Of a stretch of DNA of 64,000 bases, positions 27,625 to 38,920 are shown in pieces. Origin of the DNA: a virus (Duplodnaviria; Caudoviricetes); IMG/VR virus record IMGVR_UViG_3300038673_000493, positions 26,580 to 90,579 of that record; one strand, given 5' to 3'. The position numbers were made by a program, and so were the translations under genes. Every line of letters begins with the position of its first letter. Positions within the stretch are counted from its first letter, which is position 1. The notes below the pieces were generated by a model. That model was given only the letters and a program-made list of their open reading frames with translations. It was not told where the DNA came from and searched no databases.

Positions 27625-28556
27625 ATAGGATACCAACTTTCTACATTACAAAGAGCCGTTCCAAAAATAATGGTACCTAAAGAAGGATCCTTTTGATAAG
27701 AGAGTAAAAGCTCCATAAGATAAAGAGGAGTACCATCTTCAAAAAAACCATCAACCTTAATAAATACTAATACTATAAAAAATTTATAACCGGGGGGGAT
27801 TAAAGATAATAAAAAAGATTGCTTGAATTGCCATTCGGTCATATTACCATATTTATAATATAAAGAAAAAAGAGAAGATTCTTTAATTAATTTAAAATCT
27901 ACTTTTCCAGTAAATACTCCATTATGAATAATTATATTTGCACCTGATGGAGGTAGGGCTGCTACTATTACGCTAGTAGGAATAGAAGAAAAAAGCATTT
28001 CTGTTTGCATGGATATTTCAAAAACAAATTGTTCCAAATCATTAGATAAAGGAAACCCAATTGAATAATTGGCAAAAATGCCATTAATATTTGGACCAAA
28101 TCCTAAATAACTATTATTGACAACAGGCAATCTTTGCCATACCATATAGGAGTCCTCAGAAGGGTATTTAGAAAACCAATCTTTCCAAATATCTGCATTT
28201 AATACAGAACCTTCAAAATGTTCATTTAAAACATCCACTCCATTTAAAGTTAATTTTACATAATCAAATCCATATATATTGTCACCAACAAATTTAGCCA
28301 AACTCATGCCAACACTATTTTTAGGATTAGCTGAAACTTTCTCCAAAATAAAATAAGAATCATTCACCATACCAACAAGAACTGTCATACCAACCCTAAG
28401 ATCATTAATATCGTGCAGATATGTTGCCGTAGAAATCAAACCGTTTTTCATTGCCAAAGATACTCTGCCTTTAACTTTATCTATGGCAGTAATCCTTGCT
28501 TGATTTAAATCATCTATTTCTTTTTCCTTACCAAAAACAAAAGATACATTTTTCAT
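27621..28556 (-). CDS. receptor-binding protein paralog 1
   Basis: Same N-domain; divergent C-terminus. Confidence 0.65.
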   Translation of the reverse strand: MKNVSFVFGKEKEIDDLNQARITAIDKVKGRVSLAMKNGLISTATYLHDINDLRVGMTVLVGMVNDSYFILEKVSANPKNSVGMSLAKFVGDNIYGFDYVKLTLNGVDVLNEHFEGSVLNADIWKDWFSKYPSEDSYMVWQRLPVVNNSYLGFGPNINGIFANYSIGFPLSNDLEQFVFEISMQTEMLFSSIPTSVIVAALPPSGANIIIHNGVFTGKVDFKLIKESSLFSLYYKYGNMTEWQFKQSFLLSLIPPGYKFFIVLVFIKVDGFFEDGTPLYLMELLLSYQKDPSLGTIIFGTALCNVESWYPI

Positions 28557-29446
28557 CTAAAAAGCTCCACATAATTGGCAACATTTATTGTGGTCACTAA
28601 AGAAGTTTCCCCACCATCACTAACTTCTCCAGCAATTGTTTGAGATAATACTTGACTTTTCTCTGCCGTTTTATTTCTTCTGGTGCTTGTCAGATCAACA
28701 TTATCCCCACATTCTAATGTAGGTAAATGTGTGCCAAGAACAATTTCTCTGCCTTTGATGGCATAAGTATGCAGATTTAATTCGGCTTGCCCTCTTGATA
28801 TAGTAATGTTTGAATTATTATAAATGGCATGTCTAATTTCTGACAAGTCAGTTAATGGTTTTACTTTGAATTTTCTGGTTCCGGTTGGTAATGCCGAAAG
28901 AGACAAATGATAAACAAGATCGGTATAATAATAATCCATAACTGTTTCTGGAGAAACATAAGTCAAAATCACCAATAAATCGGCATCTGCTATTCCAGTA
29001 GCTACAGGATTAGTTCCATTAGTAACATCTGCAAGAGTATCATATAAAGTCACTACACCAGCTGAAGTAACAGAAACATACCATATTTGATTGGGTTTAA
29101 CATTCCAATTTTGTAAAGCAATGTCATCATAAACCGGAGATAATTCCGAACATACACAATACAATTTTTGAAAAATATAAGATACAAAATTTTGAGGTTG
29201 TTTAATGACACTAAAAATAAAAGGAACATCCGAATAATCTGCCCCTATGCTCGCTTCAAACAACAAACCAAAATTTTGATAATTATAATAACCTGCTTTG
29301 AAAAATTCAAATTCTACGGCAATATTTTCATATTGCAATCCTTGATATTCAAATGAAATTCCCAAATCATCAAAAGTCCATTTGGAAAAAGCAAATAGAA
29401 CACCTATGCCATCATACTCATCGTACTCATCGTATTCATCAGGCAT
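28553..29446 (-). CDS. tail tip protein
   Basis: Position in the tail operon; beta-rich. Confidence 0.55.
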   Translation of the reverse strand: MPDEYDEYDEYDGIGVLFAFSKWTFDDLGISFEYQGLQYENIAVEFEFFKAGYYNYQNFGLLFEASIGADYSDVPFIFSVIKQPQNFVSYIFQKLYCVCSELSPVYDDIALQNWNVKPNQIWYVSVTSAGVVTLYDTLADVTNGTNPVATGIADADLLVILTYVSPETVMDYYYTDLVYHLSLSALPTGTRKFKVKPLTDLSEIRHAIYNNSNITISRGQAELNLHTYAIKGREIVLGTHLPTLECGDNVDLTSTRRNKTAEKSQVLSQTIAGEVSDGGETSLVTTINVANYVELFR

Positions 29447-29461
29447 TTATATTCTCCTTTA

Positions 29462-29884
29462 TTATCTTCTGATAATATCTATAAAAGGATTGCCATCAAG
29501 AATGCCTGGTTTCCAACCTACTGTGGCTGTTCCATTATATTCTTGACCATCAATGGCATTTATTCTGGCAATGCTGTCTTTCAAAACATATCCAACAATT
29601 TGATTTGTAACGGGAAGTTTCCCGAGAAACCAAAGACCTTGAATCTTTGTTTTACCACCTAGAATATTTCTGCTGGCTTCAACAAAAAAATTATATTCTT
29701 TCATACCAGCAAGGACTAATTCATAATTATCTTCTCTGCCTGTTTTCGGATCTGTTCCTTTGAAAGAAAAATTCAATCTTTCAATTGCTGTAGGCTGACA
29801 ACTTCCCCAACCCGGATTTCCTGATCTTACATCATTCAATTCATGAGTAAGACCACCGATTAATGTTAATTTGATTTTCCACAC
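29462..29884 (-). CDS. hypothetical tail-region protein
   Basis: AAGGAAGG RBS, GTG start. Confidence 0.6.
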   Translation of the reverse strand: MWKIKLTLIGGLTHELNDVRSGNPGWGSCQPTAIERLNFSFKGTDPKTGREDNYELVLAGMKEYNFFVEASRNILGGKTKIQGLWFLGKLPVTNQIVGYVLKDSIARINAIDGQEYNGTATVGWKPGILDGNPFIDIIRR

Positions 29885-29898
29885 TTTGCACCTTCCTT

Positions 29899-30546
29899 TT
29901 AATTGTAAGTAAAATGGATTGAAAAAACTAAATCATTGTTGTACCATTCTGCCGCTGCCCAAGCAGCCATCGCACTTGTTAATATATGTTTCATGTTCCA
30001 ATATAAATATTTAGCTCCGGTCAATACACCAGTATCTAAAGCTATTCTTGAATCTGTTCCTGCTAAAGGAGTCCCGCTCCAAGTAGCACTACCAGGAGTG
30101 GCATTTGTAGTGGCAATTGCTCTGAAAAGACTATTTGCAGGAGTACCATCACCTAACGGCAAACTTTCCCAAGTTGCATGAGAATCATCATCATACATTT
30201 CAAGATAAGGAATTGAAGCAGTAGCTCCGCTAAACCAAGCACAGCAAACATATCGTTTATCCCCACCATATACAGCTAGACTGGTTCCTGCCATAACTAC
30301 TTGTCGATATGTTCCTGCACTATTATCAGCTAAAAATAATGCAGGTGCTTCTGAAGTGCCTGCTTCCGGAATAATAACAGGATAACCTACTCCAGAAAGA
30401 AGATCACCATCTTGTTGTTGCAAATCTCTCCATACTAAATAATCTCCTGCTCCTAACAGAAGAAAATTAGAATCTCCTGCAGGATTTGAACACTCCACAT
30501 CATTCGGTGAAATGTTCACTAAAATATTTACTGATGGTCTTGACAT
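29899..30546 (-). CDS. virion structural protein
   Basis: AAGGAG RBS; Ala/Gly/Thr-rich, beta-type. Confidence 0.6.
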   Translation of the reverse strand: MSRPSVNILVNISPNDVECSNPAGDSNFLLLGAGDYLVWRDLQQQDGDLLSGVGYPVIIPEAGTSEAPALFLADNSAGTYRQVVMAGTSLAVYGGDKRYVCCAWFSGATASIPYLEMYDDDSHATWESLPLGDGTPANSLFRAIATTNATPGSATWSGTPLAGTDSRIALDTGVLTGAKYLYWNMKHILTSAMAAWAAAEWYNNDLVFSIHFTYN

Positions 30547-30560
30547 AATTTACTCCTTTC

Positions 30561-33326
30561 CTAAATACCGTCTGTGCGGGTTAAAGATACTTGTTTAGTA
30601 GCCGTTACTCCTTTAGGACCTGTGAGAGTTACCGTAAAATTTTGACCTTTAATTTGCCATATAGTAACTTCTATATTATTTCCTTTTACAACAATATTAG
30701 TTCCATCTGTGGACATATCAGAAGCAACATAAGAATCATCGGAAGTTTTATGTAAAGTCCAAGAACCAAATTTTTGAGTACACAAAGGCAACCCTGCACC
30801 ACCACTACCACCACCAATTGTAGTTTGAGATGCTGTTGTTCTACAACCGTAAGAACTTGCTTGCACAATAATAGAAGAAGGTCCTTTCACATAATAAGTT
30901 TCTGAAGTTTCTCCTGTTACCGTTGTTGGTTCATCCACTGTTTCTTCTTTGGCTTCATTAATTGTGGCAGAAAGAACTTGAGACAATCCTTCTTCTGTAT
31001 TAACCGGAGAAGAAACAGTTATTCGCACATCTCCTGCTGTAACTGCCGTAAAGTAATTTACAACAGAACCTGCTCTTTGATAGGTAATTACTAAAGGAGT
31101 TCCTGTAGCAATTATTGTATTTAAATTAATGGTTTTGTTTAAAAAAGAAGAATATAAATTTCCAGATACATGAGTAATTACACCATCAGAATCTTCCGTA
31201 TAAGTATAAACACCTGTTACACTAGAAATAGCCGAATTAGTAATGCATTGAGTAACTCCTGCTATTACATTGACAGCTTCAGCTTTTTCATCGGTAACTG
31301 TAACCGATCCGGTATTCAAAACATTTGAAGCTAAAGTTCCTAATCCGGTATATTCATACATATAAATTTTACCAGATACAGCCTCATCCCCATTTTCTAA
31401 ATAAGCTGTTATTTTTGCTATCTCTCCTATTTCTAAAGTTGAAGGATCTATTTCAGCCGACAATGTGCTTGGACATTTGCAATAATTATTTACATAAATT
31501 TGTTTGGAATCTTCTTTACCTGACAAAGATGCTATGATACTGACTTCTCCTGCATACTCTAAAGTTCCTGGAGTATATTTTACTACATTATGAACCATTC
31601 CAGAAACTACATAAGAAACAACCACCATTTGATCACAATAATTAAAATTACTTTCTGTCAAATAAACTTTTTTTCCATCTAAAATATAAGCACCATTAGC
31701 CACAAAATTATTTGCTCTGCTTGTATCTGCATAAGCCCAGATACCAATAATAGTAGCGGCTTCAAATTTAGTGGAAAGAGCTACAAGACTATCGGCTCTA
31801 ACAATTTCTTTAGAAATGGTAATTTCTGAACTGTTTTGAATAAGAGAATATACATAGGACAAAGTTGTTGGGCTGGCAGGGTCAAAAGACCATTCGACAA
31901 CTTGATCATTTAAAGGAACTCCTTCTCCATTTTTAACTTGTGCCCACACATCCACATAACCCACTTGCAAAGTGCTTATGCCAATACATTCAGATCCCAA
32001 TTCAACGGAGATAGAATTTTGAGAAACAGATTCAACTGGAATAATTTTTATTCTATTTCCAAATTCAGGCCATTCTGGTTCTTCATTGATTTCTTGAATA
32101 ATCAAATCAGTCAGATCATAGTCCGACGTTGTTGGCGCTCTTACTAATCGTTTAATACAGATATTTCCTGCTCTATCTGTGGTAACAAATCCCTCTTCCC
32201 CAACAATCAATTCAACTAATTCTTGCAATACTTCAATTGGATATTGATCATCTGCCTCAAAATTATCTGCATAAATGGTAAAGTCAGCTATATCACATTT
32301 AGTTGAATCCCAAACCAAACCAACTGATTCAATAATCTCCTTACAAATCGCATAAAATGTGGTATCTTCATCCCACAACTTTGTAACCTTTTGAGCAAAA
32401 GGTTCTGCTAGTATAGCCGTCGATTGTCTGCCCCAAACTCCTGTCATTGTTTCATGAATGCCTACTTTAAAAGTAGGACGTTCAATAAAGTAAAGTCCTT
32501 GACTTATCCAAACAGTTGTTCCTTCAATTATATCTGTCGTGGACATATACACTTTATCTATCCAAGAATCAGCTCCAACATTTCCTTCGGAACCCCAATA
32601 TATACCTTCAAGATCATTAAAAGGATAATCTATGGAAGCAGTAGCAGAACCGACTTCAATGTCATTTATTTCTATTGAAATATCTCTACCAGAAACAGTG
32701 ATTTTAAGTTCATGCCAAACATCAGGAGCTGGCGGACTTAATTCTTCATCAATTAAGGTATTTCCTAATCTATCTTGTGCATACACATACAAAATATTAT
32801 TCGATATATAAATATCTATACTTGAAGCGGCTCCCCCGATATACACTTCAAAATATGTTACTCCTGTTGTATATCTAAATCCTTGAGAAAAAACAAAATT
32901 AACAGGGGAAGTGCCCAACTCATAATCTAATTCAGCCCACTCATCTGCGGTTCCTACTAATTTTAAACTAGATGTTCCATCATCATATTCATCCGTATCA
33001 AGTTCTACATGTTCCACATAAGTAGGCTGAAGATCAAAAATTTCTTCCTCCCATCCCGACGTTGCTCCATCAACACCCTCAAAATTAAGAACAAACAAAT
33101 TACCTGTAAGAACAGGAGTTTCTATGGAAGTAAATACTTCAATTCTTGCTGTTTCAGGAATTATAGAAAAATCCAAAGTATCATAAAAATCTTCATCTAA
33201 AAGATCAAAAGACAATTCCCGACAAAAAGCATCTAAAGAAGATTCAATGGAGAAAGACTTTATTTTGTTTGTAATATCGGTTATACCATCTAATATAAAC
33301 TTAAAAGCATATTTAGACATTTTCAT
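30561..33326 (-). CDS. tail hub/Tal-like protein with inserted lectin-like domain and C-terminal Ig-like repeats
   Basis: Follows TMP and Dit-like gene; FVTTDRAGNICI...NRIKI hub pattern. Confidence 0.7.
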   Translation of the reverse strand: MKMSKYAFKFILDGITDITNKIKSFSIESSLDAFCRELSFDLLDEDFYDTLDFSIIPETARIEVFTSIETPVLTGNLFVLNFEGVDGATSGWEEEIFDLQPTYVEHVELDTDEYDDGTSSLKLVGTADEWAELDYELGTSPVNFVFSQGFRYTTGVTYFEVYIGGAASSIDIYISNNILYVYAQDRLGNTLIDEELSPPAPDVWHELKITVSGRDISIEINDIEVGSATASIDYPFNDLEGIYWGSEGNVGADSWIDKVYMSTTDIIEGTTVWISQGLYFIERPTFKVGIHETMTGVWGRQSTAILAEPFAQKVTKLWDEDTTFYAICKEIIESVGLVWDSTKCDIADFTIYADNFEADDQYPIEVLQELVELIVGEEGFVTTDRAGNICIKRLVRAPTTSDYDLTDLIIQEINEEPEWPEFGNRIKIIPVESVSQNSISVELGSECIGISTLQVGYVDVWAQVKNGEGVPLNDQVVEWSFDPASPTTLSYVYSLIQNSSEITISKEIVRADSLVALSTKFEAATIIGIWAYADTSRANNFVANGAYILDGKKVYLTESNFNYCDQMVVVSYVVSGMVHNVVKYTPGTLEYAGEVSIIASLSGKEDSKQIYVNNYCKCPSTLSAEIDPSTLEIGEIAKITAYLENGDEAVSGKIYMYEYTGLGTLASNVLNTGSVTVTDEKAEAVNVIAGVTQCITNSAISSVTGVYTYTEDSDGVITHVSGNLYSSFLNKTINLNTIIATGTPLVITYQRAGSVVNYFTAVTAGDVRITVSSPVNTEEGLSQVLSATINEAKEETVDEPTTVTGETSETYYVKGPSSIIVQASSYGCRTTASQTTIGGGSGGAGLPLCTQKFGSWTLHKTSDDSYVASDMSTDGTNIVVKGNNIEVTIWQIKGQNFTVTLTGPKGVTATKQVSLTRTDGI

Positions 33327-33765
33327 GATCCTTTACAACAAGACTTATTTCATAATCATATCTTGCTACATTGAAAAACGAGGAAACAAGATTTCTCTTG
33401 TAAACGAACCCTAAAGGTCTTGCGAACTGCACTTTCCAACAGTCATATCCATCGGTAAAATAGTATTCCCCGCTAGATATTGCTTCAAGTGCTACGATTG
33501 CATCAACTGTAGCTTTTGAAATGGCAGCCTCATCTGAAAACGTTATTCGTTGATCCATAATTTGAGAACCAAAATCTTGAATAACAACTCCTCCCAAAGT
33601 AGGAATAACAGAACCTCTCATTACAGATCCTGCAAAATGATCATAATCTCCAGTCACCACTGGATCTTTATCAAAGACAACCAAAGAAGCAAGAGGAGTT
33701 ACACCAGTTACCGGATCTAACATCGGGCCTAATTCTGTGGAAAAAATAGCAAATTTGCCAGCCAT
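33313..33765 (-). CDS. distal tail (Dit-like) protein
   Basis: Directly after the TMP; 150 aa. Confidence 0.5.
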   Translation of the reverse strand: MAGKFAIFSTELGPMLDPVTGVTPLASLVVFDKDPVVTGDYDHFAGSVMRGSVIPTLGGVVIQDFGSQIMDQRITFSDEAAISKATVDAIVALEAISSGEYYFTDGYDCWKVQFARPLGFVYKRNLVSSFFNVARYDYEISLVVKDHENV

Positions 33766-33774
33766 AACATTTCC

Positions 33775-36700
33775 TTATTTTTTACTTAATCTCATTTTAG
33801 ATAATTCTTTTTCAAGTCTCTTTATCTGGGTTCTCATGGTATTAGGATTACCAACTACTTTCAAAGGTATTGAAGAATTTCCCACTGCTAAATTCAAAGT
33901 GAATGTTCCTTGATCAACTGATCTTACTAAACCACCTGAAGCAAAAGCAGGAACTGCGGCAAGATTAAATTTAGGTGCCGTAAAACTTTTCAAACTATTT
34001 ACTGCTCTGAAAAAACCTTCTCCTAATGTTTGTACAACACCTTTTCTAATTACAAATTCTCCTGGAGTCAATAAAGCAGGAACAGTATCTCCGTCACCAG
34101 TACCAGGTATAAGTCCACCTTCTGCTTCTTGAACAGGAGCCGCTCCTCCTCCACTATCACTTCCCCCACTACTGCCACTTCCCCCACTACTTTCACTACT
34201 ACCAACTTTTACAGTTTTAATGGTAATTGTATAAGTAGCCCCTTTACTTAATTCAGAAGTAAGAGCGGCAAATTTACTTTGCACATTAGCAATTATTGTA
34301 TTGATAAATGCTTGCCCACTTCCATCATTACCAAGTATCTGAATCAAGAAATTTGATACGGAAGCTGTAAGACTCAAACTCCAATTATGAAGATTGTTTT
34401 TAAGAGAATTAATTACTGTCAACAATGGAGAAAAAGTAACACCATCTTCTGTGCCTATAAATTTAACAACAAATTGACCAAAATTCTCTGTAGTTAGAGA
34501 AGATTTTAATTCGGCAATCTTTGCCTTAACTTTAGTAATTGTATTATCTAATGTATCTTTAGGGGAAGCTTCTGCCATAAATTTAAGAACAAGTTCAGCT
34601 CCTTCTTTTGCCGAGTTTTTAACTTCAGTTATTTTATCCAAAGCGGCAACTGTATCAATATTCATTTTAATTTCTTTTGTCAATGCCGTTTGGAGTTTAT
34701 CAATTTCTGCTTTATAATTCGCCAAATTATTTTTAGCTTTTTCTAAATCTTCTTGTTGTTTGGATGCTGTGGTTGCAGACAAATCAATTTGTTTTTTAGC
34801 CGCTGCTTCCATAGCACCTTCATACTCATCAATTAATCCTAATCTCAATTTTTGAGTATCTTTAGCACTTTCACTTTCTACACCAAAAACATCTGTAGTT
34901 TTTACGGTCAATGAATCAATCATGTCACCGGCTTTTGAAAAATAATCTTTAGCCGCATCAATATTTCCTGCATATAACTGTTTATAACCAGCAGCCATTA
35001 ATTCTTGCTGATATTTTGTATCAGCCGCCATTTGTTCATCACTGGTCATTGTCAATTTATTGGCAGCCAATTTTTTATTGGCCGTATCAAGATAAACTTT
35101 TTCTAATTCTTTTTGTGTGGACTTTATCTTTTCTTTATGAGATTTAATGGAAGATTCTAATTTAGACATGGCGGCTATTTCTTTTGAAGCCATGCTTTCA
35201 TAAGCCTTTAATTGATCCTCATAAAGAGAAATTATTTCTTCGGATCTCATTTTTTCATTTTCTAAATATTCGGCTTTTCTTCCATCAGATTCTTCCAAAT
35301 ACAAAGATTCTTTATCAATTAAATCCTTTCGTTTCTGGAAACCTTTATCAATGATAGACATTTCTGTATCAAAATTTTCATTAATCAAGTCTATCTTTTT
35401 CTTTGCATATTCTTCCTTAATATTATATTCCGCTTGCTCTGCATTTTCTGTGGTTTCTTCTCGTTCTCTGGCATTGGCTATTGCTTCCGCTTCTTCCAAT
35501 TCCAAATAAGAAAGCCTCATATCCAATGCTTTTTTCTGAATCTTTAATTGATTTTCAGTTTCTTTCTTTAATGCGGCTGTTTCTTTTTCATATATTTTTT
35601 CTCTCTTGCCTATCAATTCTGCTATTTTTGCATTTTGAGCGGCAAGCCCAACTCGTTCTTTTTCTTCAAAAGTTTGCTTACTTGCTTCAGTGGCTTTTTC
35701 ATAATTCTTTTCGGCTTCTAATCTGGCCCGCAAACCAGCTTGAAAAATTTTCAATAAAGCCGCTTGTTTTTCCGGAGAAGATTGAGCATCATAATATTTT
35801 TCCCAATTTTCCCCCATAGTATCCAATAAAGTTGCTTCTTGTTTAACTAAATCTTTATCATTAGCCACCAAAGCTTCTTTTCGATAATTAGCCATGGTCA
35901 CTTCTGCTTGTATTATTTTCTTAAATTTTTCGGATGCCGTCAATCCAGCTATAACTCGCTGCTGTTCCGATTTTTCCAAAGTTGCTATGGAAGAAGCCAC
36001 TTCTTTGGCCGATTCCCATAATTCTCTATTTGATTCAGATATTTTTTTATTCAATCCCAACATTTCTCTGGCTGGAGTCATCCTTGCTTCAAGAGCCGCT
36101 TTTTCATTAAATAAAGCCACAACTTCTTCGGCTTTGGCGGCAGCCGTTTCTCTGCTTTTTTGAGCCTGCTCATCCAATAATTGAGCTTGTTTTTCATATT
36201 GATTGCTATTTTCTATCATAGCATCAGTAAGTTCAGGAAACTGTTCTCCTATTTTATCCATTATGGCAAGATAACTTTGAGTAACATCTTTTCCTTCAGC
36301 CTGTTGTTTTGCTAAATCTCTCAATTTTTCAGCAAGACTTGTGGCAGAAGTTGCTGCATTAGAATTTGTAATAACTTGTTTTTGAAGGGCTCCGCTGGCA
36401 CCGTCCATACTTTGTTTCCAATTAACAAGTCCTACTATCAATGCACCAACAGCCGTAGCAAAAAGTCCAATCGGATGGGCTCGCACAAGAGTGAATAAAC
36501 CCATCAAACCCCCTCTTAATGCAGTCATCGCCGTAGTAGCAGCCCCTGTTGCCGCAGAATAAGCTATTATAGCCGCTTTTCCTAATTGAATGGCTTTTGT
36601 AAAAGTGCTCCACAAAGCAACTAATTTTAAATAATTGGCAATTTTACCCAAAACAACTGCTAAAAGACCAAGAGCCGCAACTGTGGCAGTTACAGTCACG

Positions 36701-38919
36701 GTTGTTTTTATCAAAGCATTATTTAATCCAGCATCTATAAGATCAATCACTTTTGTTAATACGGTAATAAGACCTTTAAAAACTTCGGTTAAACCTCCTT
36801 CTGAAAAAGAAATAATCATAGCTTTAAATCTATTGGACAATATGGACATTTTACCGCTAATTGTATCCAATTGAGTTGCCGCCATTGCTTGAGCTACGCC
36901 ATATTTTTTAGTATCTTCGGTCAATATCGCAACGTATTCATGCATTGTGGATAATACCAATGCAGTATTGTTGGCACGAACATTAAAAAATTGAGTAGCT
37001 TTTGTAAGGTCTCCTCCAATAACAGTATTTAAATTTTTAAGAACAACGGCTAATCCATTACCATTAGTAGCTAGATTTTGAAATTTAACATTAAAATCAT
37101 TGGCGGATAAACCAGCTTGATTAATAGCCGCTCTCAATTTTGCATTTTGATTTTCTAATCCAATAAATACTTGTCTTAAACTAGTACCTATTGTTGACAT
37201 TTTAATACCAGCATTTGACAAAGCCATTACCGCTCCTAATGCTTGATTCAAACTAACACCAGCAGCTTCAGCAGAAGGACCAATATAGTTAAAAACTGTT
37301 CTCATGCCTTCCAAATTGGTTTTAGATCCATTTGCTGCTACTGCTAATGAATCCATAATATAAGATGCTTCGGAAGCATCCAATCGAAAAGCACGAATAA
37401 CAGTGGTCAACAAATCTGCGGCAGTAGTTAATGGTTCTAATGTACCTTGAGCACCAAGAGCCGCTGCCTTAATTACATCTAAAGATTCTGCGGCAGAAAA
37501 ACCTGCCTGAGCAATATAAACGGCACCTTTCGATATTTCACTTGCTGAATATTTAGTGGTTTTAGATATATTTAAAATTTCTTCTCCTAACAACGCTATT
37601 TCTGCTTCAGTACCTCCTGAAATAGCTTGTAAGTTTTTCAATGCTTGATTAAAATCAGATATAGAAGCAATGGCTTCTGTAATAGCCGTTGTTATGCTAC
37701 TAATTATAATGGCTGCTGGAATCCATGTTGCCATACTAACAAGAGCCCTACCTAAATCAAAAAAGTATCCTGTAGTATTTTTAATGGTAGCCGCCATTCC
37801 TGTAAATCTGCTATGCAAACCTGCAAGGAACTGTCCAAATTTTCCTACTTCAGGACCAGTTGCCTTTACTGTTTTTAAATATTCGGCTAATTGAGTATTA
37901 GCTTCTTTGTGGGTAATTAATCCTTGAGAAAGATATCCATTTAATTTAGAAACTTGAGTGGCCGCCGCTTTAGAACTTTCTGCCGCTTTTGTGGATGCAC
38001 TTGTCCATTTATCCAATTGTTTAGTATATTCTGCAAAATCTTTATTTATTTGAGACAATTGGGCATCGTACAACCTAAAACCACCTGTGGCAGTTTTCGT
38101 TTTTTCAATGACTTCGGAAGCTTTTTGAGCATACGTTGTATTTGAATTAAGCAGTTTTTGATATTTTGTGGCAAGTATTTCTGTTTCTTTATTCAATCCT
38201 TCATAAGATTTAGTAGCACTTAATAAAACAGTATTTGTTTTATAAAATTCTCCTTTCATAAAAGCAGTGGATGCGGCAATTCTGTCCACTCCTTTTGAAA
38301 ATGCATTTATTTCTTTAGTAGAAGCCCCCATTGACTTCATACTATCCGCTGTTTTCAAAATGCTTTTTTCCACATCATATAAATTTTTTGTCATTTGTTT
38401 AAAGCTGACCACATTATTATCAGAAGATTTTGTCATACTGACAATGGCGGCTTTTGCTTCAGAAGAAGCTCCACTAAATTTCTTTAATGTGCTTACTACA
38501 GCTTTAAACATTTCTTGGGATTGTAAAGTACGATAAATGGTTGATCTTTGAGAAGCTCCTAAACCCTCCATTTGTTTAGTAGCTTCTTTATAAGATATTC
38601 CTAAAGCTTCATTAGCAATTTTTACTTTTTTAGAAGCCCCAGCTAAAGCTTCAGTTGATTTTGTTGCGGCTGCCGATGATTTAGCAACACTTGCCGCATT
38701 AGCATCCATTGCTTTTGCTGATTGATTTATTGATTCAGCAATTTTTTGTTGGGATTTGATTTGTTCATTAGCCGCTTTAGTAAAAGAAGAAGTTACTTTA
38801 TCCATACCAGTGACAAGAGACTGCAATTTTGTTTCCAACTGATTCAATGCAGCCAAAGCACTTTCCACAGCGGCGGTTACAACAACTCCTAACCCTAAAC
38901 TACTGGTATCATCTGCCAT
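33775..38919 (-). CDS. tape measure protein (TP901-like core)
   Basis: 1714 aa, helical Ala/Lys-rich; TKYSASEISKG...AGFSA core; C-terminal AEGGLIPG.GDGDTVPALLTPGEFV. Confidence 0.93.
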   Translation of the reverse strand: MADDTSSLGLGVVVTAAVESALAALNQLETKLQSLVTGMDKVTSSFTKAANEQIKSQQKIAESINQSAKAMDANAASVAKSSAAATKSTEALAGASKKVKIANEALGISYKEATKQMEGLGASQRSTIYRTLQSQEMFKAVVSTLKKFSGASSEAKAAIVSMTKSSDNNVVSFKQMTKNLYDVEKSILKTADSMKSMGASTKEINAFSKGVDRIAASTAFMKGEFYKTNTVLLSATKSYEGLNKETEILATKYQKLLNSNTTYAQKASEVIEKTKTATGGFRLYDAQLSQINKDFAEYTKQLDKWTSASTKAAESSKAAATQVSKLNGYLSQGLITHKEANTQLAEYLKTVKATGPEVGKFGQFLAGLHSRFTGMAATIKNTTGYFFDLGRALVSMATWIPAAIIISSITTAITEAIASISDFNQALKNLQAISGGTEAEIALLGEEILNISKTTKYSASEISKGAVYIAQAGFSAAESLDVIKAAALGAQGTLEPLTTAADLLTTVIRAFRLDASEASYIMDSLAVAANGSKTNLEGMRTVFNYIGPSAEAAGVSLNQALGAVMALSNAGIKMSTIGTSLRQVFIGLENQNAKLRAAINQAGLSANDFNVKFQNLATNGNGLAVVLKNLNTVIGGDLTKATQFFNVRANNTALVLSTMHEYVAILTEDTKKYGVAQAMAATQLDTISGKMSILSNRFKAMIISFSEGGLTEVFKGLITVLTKVIDLIDAGLNNALIKTTVTVTATVAALGLLAVVLGKIANYLKLVALWSTFTKAIQLGKAAIIAYSAATGAATTAMTALRGGLMGLFTLVRAHPIGLFATAVGALIVGLVNWKQSMDGASGALQKQVITNSNAATSATSLAEKLRDLAKQQAEGKDVTQSYLAIMDKIGEQFPELTDAMIENSNQYEKQAQLLDEQAQKSRETAAAKAEEVVALFNEKAALEARMTPAREMLGLNKKISESNRELWESAKEVASSIATLEKSEQQRVIAGLTASEKFKKIIQAEVTMANYRKEALVANDKDLVKQEATLLDTMGENWEKYYDAQSSPEKQAALLKIFQAGLRARLEAEKNYEKATEASKQTFEEKERVGLAAQNAKIAELIGKREKIYEKETAALKKETENQLKIQKKALDMRLSYLELEEAEAIANAREREETTENAEQAEYNIKEEYAKKKIDLINENFDTEMSIIDKGFQKRKDLIDKESLYLEESDGRKAEYLENEKMRSEEIISLYEDQLKAYESMASKEIAAMSKLESSIKSHKEKIKSTQKELEKVYLDTANKKLAANKLTMTSDEQMAADTKYQQELMAAGYKQLYAGNIDAAKDYFSKAGDMIDSLTVKTTDVFGVESESAKDTQKLRLGLIDEYEGAMEAAAKKQIDLSATTASKQQEDLEKAKNNLANYKAEIDKLQTALTKEIKMNIDTVAALDKITEVKNSAKEGAELVLKFMAEASPKDTLDNTITKVKAKIAELKSSLTTENFGQFVVKFIGTEDGVTFSPLLTVINSLKNNLHNWSLSLTASVSNFLIQILGNDGSGQAFINTIIANVQSKFAALTSELSKGATYTITIKTVKVGSSESSGGSGSSGGSDSGGGAAPVQEAEGGLIPGTGDGDTVPALLTPGEFVIRKGVVQTLGEGFFRAVNSLKSFTAPKFNLAAVPAFASGGLVRSVDQGTFTLNLAVGNSSIPLKVVGNPNTMRTQIKRLEKELSKMRLSKK

Positions 38920-38920
38920 T

